The notes: generated by a model not told the origin, from the letters alone. A stretch of DNA of 64,000 nucleotides from Roseibacillus sp. (GCA_965242925.1 CBDEUM010000038.1:256001-320000), one strand, 5' to 3'. Counted from the first letter of the stretch, positions 20,247-30,357 are shown. Made by a program: numbers and translations.

Positions 20247-22082
20247 ATGAGTGTTTCCGAACTGCAGACAATCGAGCACGATGTGCTGGTGGTGGGAGCG
20301 GGGGGAGCGGGCATTCGCGCGGCCATCGAGTCCGCTTCCCAGGGATTGAGTACGGGGTTGCTCTCAAAGTCCTTGCTGGGCAAGGCGCACACCGTGATGG
20401 CAGAGGGCGGGATAGCGGCCGCTTTGGGCAACGTCGATTCCCGGGACAATTGGAAAATTCACTTTCGTGACACGATGCGTGGAGGCAAGTTCCTCAACCA
20501 GTGGCGAATGGCCCAGTTACACGCCGAGCAAGCACCTGATCGCGTGCGTGAACTGGAGGAGTGGGGGGCGGTCTTTGATCGAACCGAGGATGGACTTATC
20601 AACCAGCGCAACTTCGGCGGCCATCGCTATCCACGGTTGGCCCACGTGGGAGATCGCACGGGCTTGGAAATCATCCGGACATTGCAGGATTTCTGCATTC
20701 ACAAGGGAATCGCCACCCATATGGAATGCACAGCTCTGGACCTCTTGCTGGATGATGATGGCAAGGTGGCTGGGTTGTTGGCGTACTGGAGGGAGACCGG
20801 TCGCTTTGTTCTCTTTCGGGCCAAGGCCGTGGTTTTGGCTACCGGTGGTGGCGGGAAGGCTTGGCGTGTGACTTCCAACTCCTGGGAGTATACCGGAGAC
20901 GGACTGGGCATGGCCTATCGGGCCGGGGCCGAGATGATCGACATGGAGTTCACGCAATTCCATCCCACTGGCATGGTCTGGCCTCCTTCGGTGCGCGGCA
21001 TTCTCGTAACCGAAGGAGTTCGTGGCGACGGGGGCATTTTGCTCAACAACAAGAACGAGCGTTTCATGTTCGATTATATTCCGGAGCGGTTTGCTCCGGA
21101 GACGGCCGACACCGAGGAGGAAGCCCAACGATGGCTGGATGGTGACCGGGACGCTCGACGACCGCCCGAGTTGCTGACCCGCGACGTGGTGGCCCGGGCT
21201 ATTACCCGCGAAGTTAAGGAGGGCAGGGGATCCCCGAACGGGGGAGTGTTCCTCGACATTGCATCTCGCCGACCGGCCGACTTCATCAAACGCAAGTTGC
21301 CTTCGATGTATCATCAGTTCAAGGAATTGGCTGAAATCGACATCACCGAGGAACCCATGGAGGTGGGGCCTACCCTGCACTATTTCATGGGGGGCATCCG
21401 GGTGGACGATGATTCACAGGAGACCTGCGTCCCGGGCCTTTTTGCTTCAGGTGAATGCGCGGGTGGGATGCATGGAGCCAATCGCCTGGGGGGCAATTCT
21501 CTGTCCGACCTTCTCGTTTTCGGCAAATTGTCCGGAGACGGCGCTATCGATTATGCCAATAAAATGGATTCCCTTCCAGAGGTGGACGAGGATCGTGTGC
21601 AGGAACTGATGAGAGCGGCAACCGCTCCGCTCAATCGGGAGGAAGGCTCCAATCCCTACCTGATCCAGGAGAAGCTGCAGCAAATGATGCAGCGTTGTGT
21701 CGGCATTGTGCGCAATGCGGAGGATTTGCAGAATGGCTTGGAGGAATTGGAAGAACTTCGCGAGGAGGCGAAAACCGTCAAGGCCCATGCTTCAGCCCAG
21801 TACAATCCGGGGTGGAACGTTGCCCTGGATCTTCCCAATCTGATCATCACCGCCGAGGCGGTCACTCGGGCTGCCCTTGTCCGGGAAGAAAGCCGGGGAG
21901 CGCATACGCGCACCGATTTCGAGGGCGAGCGTGATGAATGGTTGCAGTACAACGTTATCTTGAGCGCTGGCGAAGACGGTCGTCTGGCGGCTAAAAAGGA
22001 AAAACGAGCTGATCCACCGGAAGACTTGGCGGCCATCGCCAATGCTACCTTGGAGGAGTTGGAGGCAGACAACGATGAGTGA
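20247..22082 (+). CDS. sdhA: Succinate dehydrogenase/fumarate reductase flavoprotein
   Basis: GAGGAG, flavinylation site KAHTVMAEGG, QFHPTG, TEGVRGDGG, HYFMGG, HGANRLGGNSL, ESRGAH. Confidence 0.93.
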   Translation: MSVSELQTIEHDVLVVGAGGAGIRAAIESASQGLSTGLLSKSLLGKAHTVMAEGGIAAALGNVDSRDNWKIHFRDTMRGGKFLNQWRMAQLHAEQAPDRVRELEEWGAVFDRTEDGLINQRNFGGHRYPRLAHVGDRTGLEIIRTLQDFCIHKGIATHMECTALDLLLDDDGKVAGLLAYWRETGRFVLFRAKAVVLATGGGGKAWRVTSNSWEYTGDGLGMAYRAGAEMIDMEFTQFHPTGMVWPPSVRGILVTEGVRGDGGILLNNKNERFMFDYIPERFAPETADTEEEAQRWLDGDRDARRPPELLTRDVVARAITREVKEGRGSPNGGVFLDIASRRPADFIKRKLPSMYHQFKELAEIDITEEPMEVGPTLHYFMGGIRVDDDSQETCVPGLFASGECAGGMHGANRLGGNSLSDLLVFGKLSGDGAIDYANKMDSLPEVDEDRVQELMRAATAPLNREEGSNPYLIQEKLQQMMQRCVGIVRNAEDLQNGLEELEELREEAKTVKAHASAQYNPGWNVALDLPNLIITAEAVTRAALVREESRGAHTRTDFEGERDEWLQYNVILSAGEDGRLAAKKEKRADPPEDLAAIANATLEELEADNDE

Positions 22083-22851
22083 GCGTATTTTTAAAGTTTG
22101 GCGGGGCGATGCCGAAGGTGGTGAGTTCAAGGACTATGCCGTTGAGCTGGATCGCGGAATGGTGGTTCTCGATGCCCTCCACTTAATCCAGGCTCAGCAT
22201 GCAGGCGACCTCGCTGTTCGCTGGAACTGCAAGGCCGGAAAATGCGGCTCCTGTAGCATGGAAATAAACGGGCGTCCGCGTCTCAGCTGTATGACGCGTA
22301 TCAATGAATTCGGACCTGACGAAATGATCACGGTGCGGCCCATGAAGACCTTCCCCGTAATCAAGGATCTGGTCACTGACGTCTCTTGGAATTTCGAGCA
22401 GAACAAGCGGATCAAGCCTTTTAAGCCCAAAGAGAAGGATGCCGACGGCAATTACCGCATGAGGCAGCGCGACGTGGAACGAGTGCAGGAGTTTCGCAAA
22501 TGCATAGAATGCTACCTTTGCCAGAACGTCTGCCACGTTTTACGCGACCATGACCGTAAGGACGCTTTTGTCGGACCTCGTTTAATGATTCGCGTGGCCT
22601 CTCTCGAAATGCATCCCCTGGACGTCGAGGATCGCGTTCCTGAGACTCGCGATGAATTTGGCTCCGGGATGTGCAACATCACCCGATGTTGTACCGATGT
22701 CTGTCCCGAGCACATTCAGATTACCGATAACGGCATTATTCCAATGAAGGAACGTATTGTCGATCGCTACTACGACCCTCTCCTCTGGTTGCTCCGCAAG
22801 ATAAGGGGTTCAGGAAAGAAGAAGAAGGCTTCCGCTGAGGCCGAGGACTGA
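22075..22851 (+). CDS. sdhB: Succinate dehydrogenase/fumarate reductase Fe-S subunit
   Basis: CKAGKCGSC...C, CIECYLCQNVC, CNITRCCTDVCP. Confidence 0.93.
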   Translation: MSERIFKVWRGDAEGGEFKDYAVELDRGMVVLDALHLIQAQHAGDLAVRWNCKAGKCGSCSMEINGRPRLSCMTRINEFGPDEMITVRPMKTFPVIKDLVTDVSWNFEQNKRIKPFKPKEKDADGNYRMRQRDVERVQEFRKCIECYLCQNVCHVLRDHDRKDAFVGPRLMIRVASLEMHPLDVEDRVPETRDEFGSGMCNITRCCTDVCPEHIQITDNGIIPMKERIVDRYYDPLLWLLRKIRGSGKKKKASAEAED

Positions 22852-22967
22852 GAATCCACAGGCCAGGAGTTCACGCGCTGGCGTTTCCTTCAAGGGATTG
22901 CTTCGCGAAAGGAGGAAGGCCCTTCCAAATCGGGAAGGTGCGGGCCGGGGGGGTATGGCCTCCGCCG

Positions 22968-24383
22968 TTATTGCTCATTCCCTTCCTTGGGCGGAGGAAC
23001 CGGGATGGGGGGAGTGGTGGCGCTGGGGCGCGGAGGAATGGCGACCGGCGGAGAGACCGCGGTAGCTGAGGGTTTGGTGCCCGCTGCGGTTGGATCCGCA
23101 TTTTCCTCAGGCTTCTCCTTCTTCTTTACGATTTCGTCACGGCCCTTATCCAGACTGCTGATGGCAAAATTAGCGAACTCATAAACACGGGTGGAGAACA
23201 CCTGTTCCAGTTCGAGCTTATACTCCAGGTTCTCCCGATTGGCTTTGAAGAGTTTCTCGGCGTTTTCAGCGTCCTCAGGGGTCTCGCCCTCCTTCTTAGC
23301 CCTCTCCTTGAGGAAGTTGGCCTCGACTTTTACGGTTCCAATATAATTGGAGGAAGGGGGGGGAGGGGCGTCATCGTCATCTCCGGCTTTTTCTTCCTTC
23401 ACGGGAGCAAACTCGAAGGTGTAGCTGAAACCGTCGAAGGTCGTGATGACTGCCTTACGGGACTTGGAGGTGTCCTGCTTCTGCTCAGCTTCCTCCGGAT
23501 CGAGGACATCCTCGAAACGGAGTTTGTCGAAGAGAGACTTGAAGGGGCCGGTTCCGGCGGTGTCCATTTCCTCGTCCTCCTTGAGGCCACCGGTGGAGAA
23601 GTCGCTATTCTCGTCGGCCCGGGTGGCTGTCCAGCCCTTGAACTCCTTGTCATTGGGAGCGCTGAGAGAGAGGCTCTTGATCTTCTTCACCTCGATGAAC
23701 TTGTAGGACAGCCAGGAGGCGGGACTGGAGAGTTGTCCACGACGCTTGTCCGTGTTCTTGGACTCCGCATCGCCGGTTGAGCGGTTGAGGGTTCCAAGGG
23801 CCTTCCAGATGCCCTGAGCTTCAGGGCGTCCTGCGGAACTGCGGACCACGAATCCTCGCGGGGCCCGGGAGGCCACCTCTCCGAATTCTTCTCCCAGGAT
23901 GACGTCTACCAGTTTGTTTTCGTCCTTCCCGGTTACGGAGATCTGTAGTCCCCGGGGATCTTCGGGGTTGTCATCCCCCGCCCCTTTCCTCTCCTCCTGA
24001 TAGGCTTCAGCCTGCTCCTTGTCCTCGGGAGAGAGGAGACCGATCTGGCTGTAGTGCTCCTCTTTGGCGCGAACCTCCAGGCCGATCTTGAACTGGACGA
24101 GGGACTTGAGAAGCTGCTGCACCTCTTTGGGGTTGTCGATGGGATAGTCCTGGCGGTTGGCCACGACCCAGTCGGCCTCCTTCTTCCTGAGGACCACTTC
24201 ATTTTCGGAGTCCTTGATCCGGATTTCCTCCACGTCGTCCTCGCTGAAGGATTTTACGAGGTATTCCCCGATCTGTTCATTGTTAGGACTGAACCGCTCG
24301 GGCGTGTTGAGAAGCATGACCGTGGCCATGATTGTACTGATGGCGGTGACTCCGATCAGAAAAAGAAGGTGTGTGTTCTTCAT
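22968..24383 (-). CDS. DUF4340-like membrane-anchored protein of a Gld-type ABC cassette
   Basis: N-terminal TM, WVV...YP, TFDGFSY motifs; start overlaps gldG-like stop. Confidence 0.65.
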   Translation of the reverse strand: MKNTHLLFLIGVTAISTIMATVMLLNTPERFSPNNEQIGEYLVKSFSEDDVEEIRIKDSENEVVLRKKEADWVVANRQDYPIDNPKEVQQLLKSLVQFKIGLEVRAKEEHYSQIGLLSPEDKEQAEAYQEERKGAGDDNPEDPRGLQISVTGKDENKLVDVILGEEFGEVASRAPRGFVVRSSAGRPEAQGIWKALGTLNRSTGDAESKNTDKRRGQLSSPASWLSYKFIEVKKIKSLSLSAPNDKEFKGWTATRADENSDFSTGGLKEDEEMDTAGTGPFKSLFDKLRFEDVLDPEEAEQKQDTSKSRKAVITTFDGFSYTFEFAPVKEEKAGDDDDAPPPPSSNYIGTVKVEANFLKERAKKEGETPEDAENAEKLFKANRENLEYKLELEQVFSTRVYEFANFAISSLDKGRDEIVKKKEKPEENADPTAAGTKPSATAVSPPVAIPPRPSATTPPIPVPPPKEGNEQ

Positions 24384-27004
24384 TTCGCTGCCGTTTTGAA
24401 TTTACGGGTGATGCCCACTAAAAGTCCGATGATGATGACGAGGGTGGGAGTGAGCAGCATGTTGGTCCATTCGTAGCTATTGATGGCGGCCTGGATCTCG
24501 GCGCGCTGCTGGCGGCTGATCTTGTTTTCATCGCGCTGGAGGTCGCGGATCTTCGTCTCGATCTCCTGGGCCTTCTCGATGCTCTCTTCGCTCTGGCCGA
24601 TGACCATGAGACCGCCACCGATATCGCGGCCCTCCTGTCCCTCTTCCAGGGTTCTGCGGGCTTCTTCAATGGCGGCCTGGATCTTCTGACGCGGCCCCGC
24701 GGCTCGTTCGGCGGCCTTTTCGCGGATGTCGTTGATCACGGTGAAGCTGCGACTGGTGGAATCACGGCCGCGGATATTCAGGAGGTCCTGATCTCCGGCG
24801 AGGTTTTCGACTAGGTTCATGATGAAGTCGACATTGTTGTTGTCACGCGCAGCTCCCCGCTCGGCATCGCCCATGAAGTAGTCGAAAAGCATGTCGACGT
24901 CGGAGATGATGGCCATCACCCCGTCCTCCGTGCCTTCAAGTTGATGGTGGTCCTCTTCCTCGGGTGGGGTGGCGACCTCTTCCTCCGAGGCCGGGGAGGC
25001 CTCAGGGGCCGGCTCTGCCTTCACCTCGGGCTCAGGATTGGCGGCTGGTGCTGGTTTTTCCTCAGCCGGAGCGGGTTCCGGCGTGTCCGGAGGAGAAGCG
25101 GGGGCCTCTTCCTCTGGCTTGGCCTCAGGGGAGGGAGCTTCTCCTTCGGTTTGTCCACAGCCCTCTGGCTCTGAGGCGGGTTCCGGGGCCGGGGCCGGGG
25201 CCGGGGCAGGGGCCGGGGCCGGGGCAGGGGCAGGGGCAGGGGCAGGGGCAGGGGCAGGGGCAGGGGCAGGGGCAGGGGCAGGGGCAGGTTGGGGAGTGTT
25301 GGTGGAATCGGGAGCGCCTTCCGGCAGGAGCGGAGCGTTTACGGGAGGGGTGCTCAGGGCTGGGCTGATAGGCGCGGGAGGAGCTTCTGCTGCAGGATCG
25401 GGCTTGGTGGGATCCTCCTGGTAGGCGGATTTAAATTTTCCCTCGAGGATCACAGCCACGGGATAGCGGTCCGTTTTGAAGTTCGCGGACTGGAAGTTGG
25501 AAGTGACCTGTTCCTGACGGGCGCCCTGACCAAGAAGGATGTGGGCCGCGTCGCCCGGCACGGACTTGGCGCGGTTTGAGGTGCTTACGAGGGTGCGCAT
25601 CTTGAGGCCGGTCCTGGGCTTGCCCACGATGGGGGAGGGGTCCACCATCTGGATCGCAGAGAGATCACGGGTGACGGGATGGTCGGCGGTCAGAGCCTCG
25701 TTCTCGAACTTGGCCATGAGGCCGTTTCCACGGAAGAGCGGTTGGGTGATCATCTGCTGGTCCTGGCGGCTCGGGATCTGCCCAAGGAGACGATTGAGGC
25801 GGAATTCGCGCTGCAGCATCTGATTCAGCGGGCGCTCAAACATGACCGGACGGGAGTACTTCGGGTCATAGAGCATGGGTTGGTCCGTGCCTCCGAGGGT
25901 GACGCCCCAGGTGGAGGTGAGATCATCGAGTCCGGAGCGGTAGTGAGCCCATCCGCTGGTCTCAAAGAGATTGTAGAGATCCTTGTACCACTGAGGATGA
26001 CGGTCCTGCGGGGTCATGGGCAACTTGGCGGAATAGATATCAAAGAACCGTGAGACGAAATGCTGGTTGTCAAGGAAGGCGATGGCCTTCCCGCCATTCA
26101 CCAGATACTGGTCGATCGCATACTGCGTTTCCTTGGAGAGGAGTTCCAGGGTGGTATTGCCCATGGGCGGCATCCCCGGTTGAGGCGACTGGGGCCGGTT
26201 GATCTTGACGGGGTGGACGATGAGGAGGAGATCGAGGCTTGCGAAGGGGTGATCCGTGTCATCGGGTTTCATGGGCCCCACGTCGAAGGGGACGTTGACG
26301 ATCTCGAAATCCCGGGCGAGGTGACGGTAGATTACCGAGGGGGGGCGTCCGGGTGCTCCCATCATTCCCTGTGAACCTCCCAGAGCCATCTCGGTGCCTT
26401 CCAGCAGGCCGATCCTGCGTTTCGATGTGCGGGTGACCGAACTGATGGCCCGGGAGAGCTGGTATTCCAGTTTCTTCTCCAGTTCAGGGTTGAGGAAGGA
26501 AATGGCCTCGATTTTTTCCAAGCTGCTCACGGACAGGCCGAAGTAATACGGCTGACTGGCCCGCTGGTTGTAGTCGTAGTCGTCGAGGTTGGAGCTTTGC
26601 GGCATGTCCATGCGGGGATCACGCTGCTGGATGCCGTCGAGTTCGGCCGCGTCCTGCGCCTCGGAGTTGGGCTTCGGCTCGAAGGCCTGCACCAAGATGG
26701 CTCCGCCGGAGGCCTTGGAGTATTCCTCAAGGAGGTCCTTCACGCGCTTGGAGTAGTCGACGTACTTCTTGGGCAGTTGCACATCATCGGGGTCGCTCAT
26801 GTAAAACCGGACCGTCACCTCCCGTCCGGAGTCCTTGGCCTTCTGGAGGATGGAACGGGTTCCCTCGGTAAGGGTGTAGACATTGCCTTCGGTAGTGTCC
26901 CACCGGGCGGTGGCCACCCGCTTGGCGATCACGTTCAGGGAGGCCACCAACAGGCAGAGGAGGAGGACAACACCCAAGGTCTTCCATCTATCTAATGCTT
27001 TCAT
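24380..27004 (-). CDS. GldG-like ABC auxiliary protein with long Pro/Ala/Glu insertion
   Basis: RWDTTEGNVYTLTEGT, VKDLLEEY, LEYQLSRAI, AIDQYLVNGGK, NLVENLAGDQDLLNIR; TM at each end. Confidence 0.8.
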   Translation of the reverse strand: MKALDRWKTLGVVLLLCLLVASLNVIAKRVATARWDTTEGNVYTLTEGTRSILQKAKDSGREVTVRFYMSDPDDVQLPKKYVDYSKRVKDLLEEYSKASGGAILVQAFEPKPNSEAQDAAELDGIQQRDPRMDMPQSSNLDDYDYNQRASQPYYFGLSVSSLEKIEAISFLNPELEKKLEYQLSRAISSVTRTSKRRIGLLEGTEMALGGSQGMMGAPGRPPSVIYRHLARDFEIVNVPFDVGPMKPDDTDHPFASLDLLLIVHPVKINRPQSPQPGMPPMGNTTLELLSKETQYAIDQYLVNGGKAIAFLDNQHFVSRFFDIYSAKLPMTPQDRHPQWYKDLYNLFETSGWAHYRSGLDDLTSTWGVTLGGTDQPMLYDPKYSRPVMFERPLNQMLQREFRLNRLLGQIPSRQDQQMITQPLFRGNGLMAKFENEALTADHPVTRDLSAIQMVDPSPIVGKPRTGLKMRTLVSTSNRAKSVPGDAAHILLGQGARQEQVTSNFQSANFKTDRYPVAVILEGKFKSAYQEDPTKPDPAAEAPPAPISPALSTPPVNAPLLPEGAPDSTNTPQPAPAPAPAPAPAPAPAPAPAPAPAPAPAPAPAPAPEPASEPEGCGQTEGEAPSPEAKPEEEAPASPPDTPEPAPAEEKPAPAANPEPEVKAEPAPEASPASEEEVATPPEEEDHHQLEGTEDGVMAIISDVDMLFDYFMGDAERGAARDNNNVDFIMNLVENLAGDQDLLNIRGRDSTSRSFTVINDIREKAAERAAGPRQKIQAAIEEARRTLEEGQEGRDIGGGLMVIGQSEESIEKAQEIETKIRDLQRDENKISRQQRAEIQAAINSYEWTNMLLTPTLVIIIGLLVGITRKFKTAAK
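25185..25286. repeat. 17 tandem copies of hexamer GGGGC(C/A), encoding (Pro-Ala)17
   Basis: Counted directly from the sequence. Confidence 0.95.
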
Positions 27005-27028
27005 GTCGACAGAGATATCGTTCGGAGT

Positions 27029-27844
27029 TCAGGCTCTCTTGTTCTGGAGGACAGTGTTGGTGATAAAGAGACAGAGCGCGATGACGCTTACGAAGTAAAA
27101 GAGGTAGCGGAGTTCGATCAGGCCCTTGGAAAAATCCACGAAGGCGGGCATCACGCTGATGGAAGCGAGGAGTTCGCCAATGAAGGAGAGGAAGCGGAGG
27201 CCACTGTCCGCGAAAAAGTCCTGCACCGGGTCGAAGCCGATAATGCAGAGCATCAGGCAGAGGGGAATGGAGACCGCCACACAGATGACCTGGCTGCGGG
27301 TGAGGGCAGAGACCGCGATGGTGACCGCGATGAAGGTGGCGCCCACGAAGAGGCTGCCAAGGTAACCCGAGATGATGGGGCCGTGATCCGGATCGCCCAG
27401 GATGGAAACGCTGATCCAGACCGAAGCAGTGAAGAAAAGGGATGCGAAGAGAAGCACAAAGCTGCCCAGGAATTTCCCGAACACCAGTTCGATGGTTCGT
27501 ACCGGCATGGTGGAGATGAGTTCGATGGTTCCCTGCCGGTGTTCGTCGGAGAGCGTGCGCATGGCGAGGAGGGGGGCATAGAAGGCCAGAACCCAGGGAT
27601 GGTAGAAGAAGAAGAAGTCCTTCAGGGCGGCTTGTTCGCTCTCAATCAGTTCCCGACCGGGCCAGAGAAAGGTGAGGGCGTTGATAGCGACCAGGAAGAT
27701 GAATATCAGCACGTAGGCCAGCGGCGAGGTGAAGAAGGACGTCGCCTCCCGGCAGAAGATGGCCCGGATGTTACTGACGAGAAGAGGCCCCCCGATCAGG
27801 ACGGCTGCGAGAACGAGGATGGCGAGGATTCCGAATGCAGACAT
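27029..27844 (-). CDS. ABC-2 permease, GldF-like
   Basis: FFTSPLAY, LAMRTLSDEHRQGTIELISTMPV, GKFLG, SALTRSQV. Confidence 0.85.
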   Translation of the reverse strand: MSAFGILAILVLAAVLIGGPLLVSNIRAIFCREATSFFTSPLAYVLIFIFLVAINALTFLWPGRELIESEQAALKDFFFFYHPWVLAFYAPLLAMRTLSDEHRQGTIELISTMPVRTIELVFGKFLGSFVLLFASLFFTASVWISVSILGDPDHGPIISGYLGSLFVGATFIAVTIAVSALTRSQVICVAVSIPLCLMLCIIGFDPVQDFFADSGLRFLSFIGELLASISVMPAFVDFSKGLIELRYLFYFVSVIALCLFITNTVLQNKRA

Positions 27845-27869
27845 AACAGCGGAAAGATAAGTGGTTCGT

Positions 27870-28592
27870 TCAGGTGGCGACTTCCGAGGTGGTCAGTTTG
27901 CGGAAGAGTTCCGTCAGGGAACCGGCTCCTTCCGACCGGAGACTCTCGGGACTGCCTTCGGCTACGATCTTGCCCTGGTCAATGATCATGGCCCGGGTGC
28001 AGGAAGCATCGACTTCCTCAAGAATGTGAGTGGAGAAGACGATGGTCTTTTCCTTGCCAAGTTCGCGGATCAGCTTCCGGACTTCGTGTTTCTGGTTGGG
28101 GTCGAGGCCATCGGTGGGTTCATCAAGGACGAGAACTTCGGGGTCATGAAGGAGGGATTGTGCCAGGCATGTGCGATGGCGGTATCCCTTGGACAGGGTG
28201 TCGATGGACTGGTGCACCACGGTTTGCAGGAAGCAGGTTTCGATCACGCGATCGACAGCTTCTTTCCGGGCCAGCCCGGAGAATCCCCGGATGCTGGCGC
28301 AGAAGCGGAGAAAACCGACAACCGTCATATCGGCATAGAGGGGGGCGGACTCGGGGAGGTATCCGATCTTCCGTTTGGCGTCCTCCGGTTGATCTGCAAC
28401 CGGGATCCCGCAGATTTTCACGTCGCCATGGGTGGCGGGGAGAAATCCGGTGATGATCCGCATGGTGGTGGATTTCCCGGCACCGTTCGGACCGAGGAAT
28501 CCAAGGACTTCACCCTTCTCTACCGAGAAGGAGAGGTCATCGACAGCTGTCTTGTGACCAAACTGCTTAGTGAGATTATTGACTTCGATCAT
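27870..28592 (-). CDS. ABC ATP-binding protein, GldA-like
   Basis: GPNGAGKST, LSKGYRHR, LDEPTDGLDPNQ, STHIL. Confidence 0.9.
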   Translation of the reverse strand: MIEVNNLTKQFGHKTAVDDLSFSVEKGEVLGFLGPNGAGKSTTMRIITGFLPATHGDVKICGIPVADQPEDAKRKIGYLPESAPLYADMTVVGFLRFCASIRGFSGLARKEAVDRVIETCFLQTVVHQSIDTLSKGYRHRTCLAQSLLHDPEVLVLDEPTDGLDPNQKHEVRKLIRELGKEKTIVFSTHILEEVDASCTRAMIIDQGKIVAEGSPESLRSEGAGSLTELFRKLTTSEVAT

Positions 28593-28605
28593 GAGTGGTG
28601 ATCGT

Positions 28606-28714
28606 CAGGTCTTAGGTTACAGGTCTTGGGGTTATGGGGTTATGGGGTCCCGATAGTGTTAGCGGTGCTGGGCGTTGAGCGTGCGTCTTAGCGGTGCTAG
28701 GCGTTGAGCGTGCG
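28606..28714. repeat. Intergenic short-repeat tract including a 27-bp direct repeat (2 copies, period 29)
   Basis: TTAGCGGTGCT(G/A)GGCGTTGAGCGTGCG at 28659-28685 and 28688-28714; CAGGTCTT x2 and TGGGGTTA repeats upstream. Confidence 0.85.
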
Positions 28715-28799
28715 CGAATCTTATTCATGTTTTGATGATTTCAAGGGTAAAGTGAGGGATTCGAATTGATGAGAGGGCCAGGACGGGAAAAGGTAGGCC

Positions 28800-29849
28800 G
28801 TGATTCGTGCCTTGCACCTCGTTAACTTTCGCTGTTTTGAGGCCCTGAATCTCGATTTGCCGGGGGGGAGTGCGATTTTCGTGGGTGAGAATGCCCAAGG
28901 GAAAACGAGCCTGCTGGAGGCCATTTGCGTTCTGGTGCGGCTGCAGTCTCCGCGGACGCACCGGATGGGGCACCTGAGGCGTTTCGAAATGGAGGGTTTT
29001 GGAGTGGCCGGGGAGTGTTGGGGAGAGGTGCGGCGTGTCACGCGCGGGGCGGATGGTCTGGAACTGCGGATTGAAGGGGAGGTGGTGGAATCTCAGGGGA
29101 ATTATCTCAGTTCCGGGGGCCTGCTGGTCTGGATGGGAAATGAGGATCTGGAACTGGTAAGGGGGCCGGGAGAGGTGCGGCGACGGTTTCTGGATTTTGC
29201 GGCCGTCCAGCTGGAACCGACCTACCGAAGGCATCTGGCCCGCTACAAGCGAGCTCTCAAGGCCCGCAACCTTCTCTTGAAGGAACGCTTTCCGGACGAG
29301 GAGCAGATTGCCGCCTATACGACCCTCCTGATTGAACATGGCGGGATCCTGCAGCGGATTCGCGCCGCCCTCGTGGAGAAACTCGCCGGTCCCGTAAACG
29401 AGGCGCATTCGGCGGTGAGCGGGAGGAGGGAGGAGGTGGGACTGGTCTACCGGGGAGCGGGGGCCGGGGATCTTGCGGCGACCTACGCCGAGGCTGCAGA
29501 GCGGGAGCGGCGGCAGGGAAAAACGGTTGTGGGGCCCCATCGTGATGATGTGCTTCTGAGCCTGAATGGTAGCGCGGCGGCGGATTTCGGAAGCGAAGGT
29601 CAGCAACGGACCATGGCGCTGGCACTCAAACTGGGGCAGGGCCAGCTTCTGGAGCGAGAGCGGGGGAGCGCTCCGGTTTATCTCATTGACGATATCTTCG
29701 GGGAACTCGACACCCGTAGGCGCAATGCACTGATGGAATTTCTGCCGGTCGATTCCCAACAGTTGATCACCACTACCAGCATTGCGTGGATGGACAGGGA
29801 ATCTCCGCCCCTCTTCCGGGTTGGAGGTGGCATGGTGAGTGCGGAATGA
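28800..29849 (+). CDS. recF: DNA replication and repair protein RecF
   Basis: NFRC, GENAQGKTSLLEAI, RRRFLD, GPHRDD, GSEGQQR, LIDDIFGELD. Confidence 0.92.
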   Translation: MIRALHLVNFRCFEALNLDLPGGSAIFVGENAQGKTSLLEAICVLVRLQSPRTHRMGHLRRFEMEGFGVAGECWGEVRRVTRGADGLELRIEGEVVESQGNYLSSGGLLVWMGNEDLELVRGPGEVRRRFLDFAAVQLEPTYRRHLARYKRALKARNLLLKERFPDEEQIAAYTTLLIEHGGILQRIRAALVEKLAGPVNEAHSAVSGRREEVGLVYRGAGAGDLAATYAEAAERERRQGKTVVGPHRDDVLLSLNGSAAADFGSEGQQRTMALALKLGQGQLLERERGSAPVYLIDDIFGELDTRRRNALMEFLPVDSQQLITTTSIAWMDRESPPLFRVGGGMVSAE

Positions 29850-29878
29850 GCCGGGAATTGACGAAGTAGAAATGTCTT

Positions 29879-30274
29879 ATGAATGACAACCGATCAGATC
29901 TGCGGAAGGTGCTCGACCACTGGATGGAGGCAGTAAACGGACGGGCTCTCGACGACGTGCGGAGACTCTACCGGGAAGACGCGGTAATCGTGCCGACCTT
30001 CGGGAAGGATATTCTCAGTAGCACGGAAGCAATTGCAGCCTACTTCGTGGATATCACGGATGGCAGAGAGCTACGGGTAGTGGTGCGGGATGAGACCGTG
30101 CGGGAGCAGGTGGAACCCGGGTCCTCACAGGTGATCAGCGGGATCTACGATTGGCGCATTCGTGAAGATGGGGAGGAGCAGCGGATTGCGGCGCGATTCA
30201 CCTTTGTGATGGATCCCGGGAGCGAGGGGCCGATTCTGCATCACCATTCATCACGGTTGCCGGGTGAAGGTTAA
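29879..30274 (+). CDS. NTF2/SnoaL-like protein (DUF4440/SgcJ-like)
   Basis: LY..DA...PT, SGIY, ARFTFV, ILHHHSS. Confidence 0.75.
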   Translation: MNDNRSDLRKVLDHWMEAVNGRALDDVRRLYREDAVIVPTFGKDILSSTEAIAAYFVDITDGRELRVVVRDETVREQVEPGSSQVISGIYDWRIREDGEEQRIAARFTFVMDPGSEGPILHHHSSRLPGEG

Positions 30275-30357
30275 CCGGCCCCGGCACCCTTCCTTCGCCT
30301 TTGGCAGGGAAGGAGAGGCTTGAAAAGCGCGGCTGCGTATCAGTCAATGGCCGTGTC

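Noticed and set aside
24969..25424. Silk-like (Gly-Ala)n ORF and (Gly-Gln)n ORF on the + strand
   Set aside because: Antisense shadows of the (Pro-Ala)17 repeat in the GldG-like gene.
28659..28714. Possible mini-CRISPR array
   Set aside because: Only two copies, separated by 2 nt; no spacers and no cas genes in the window.
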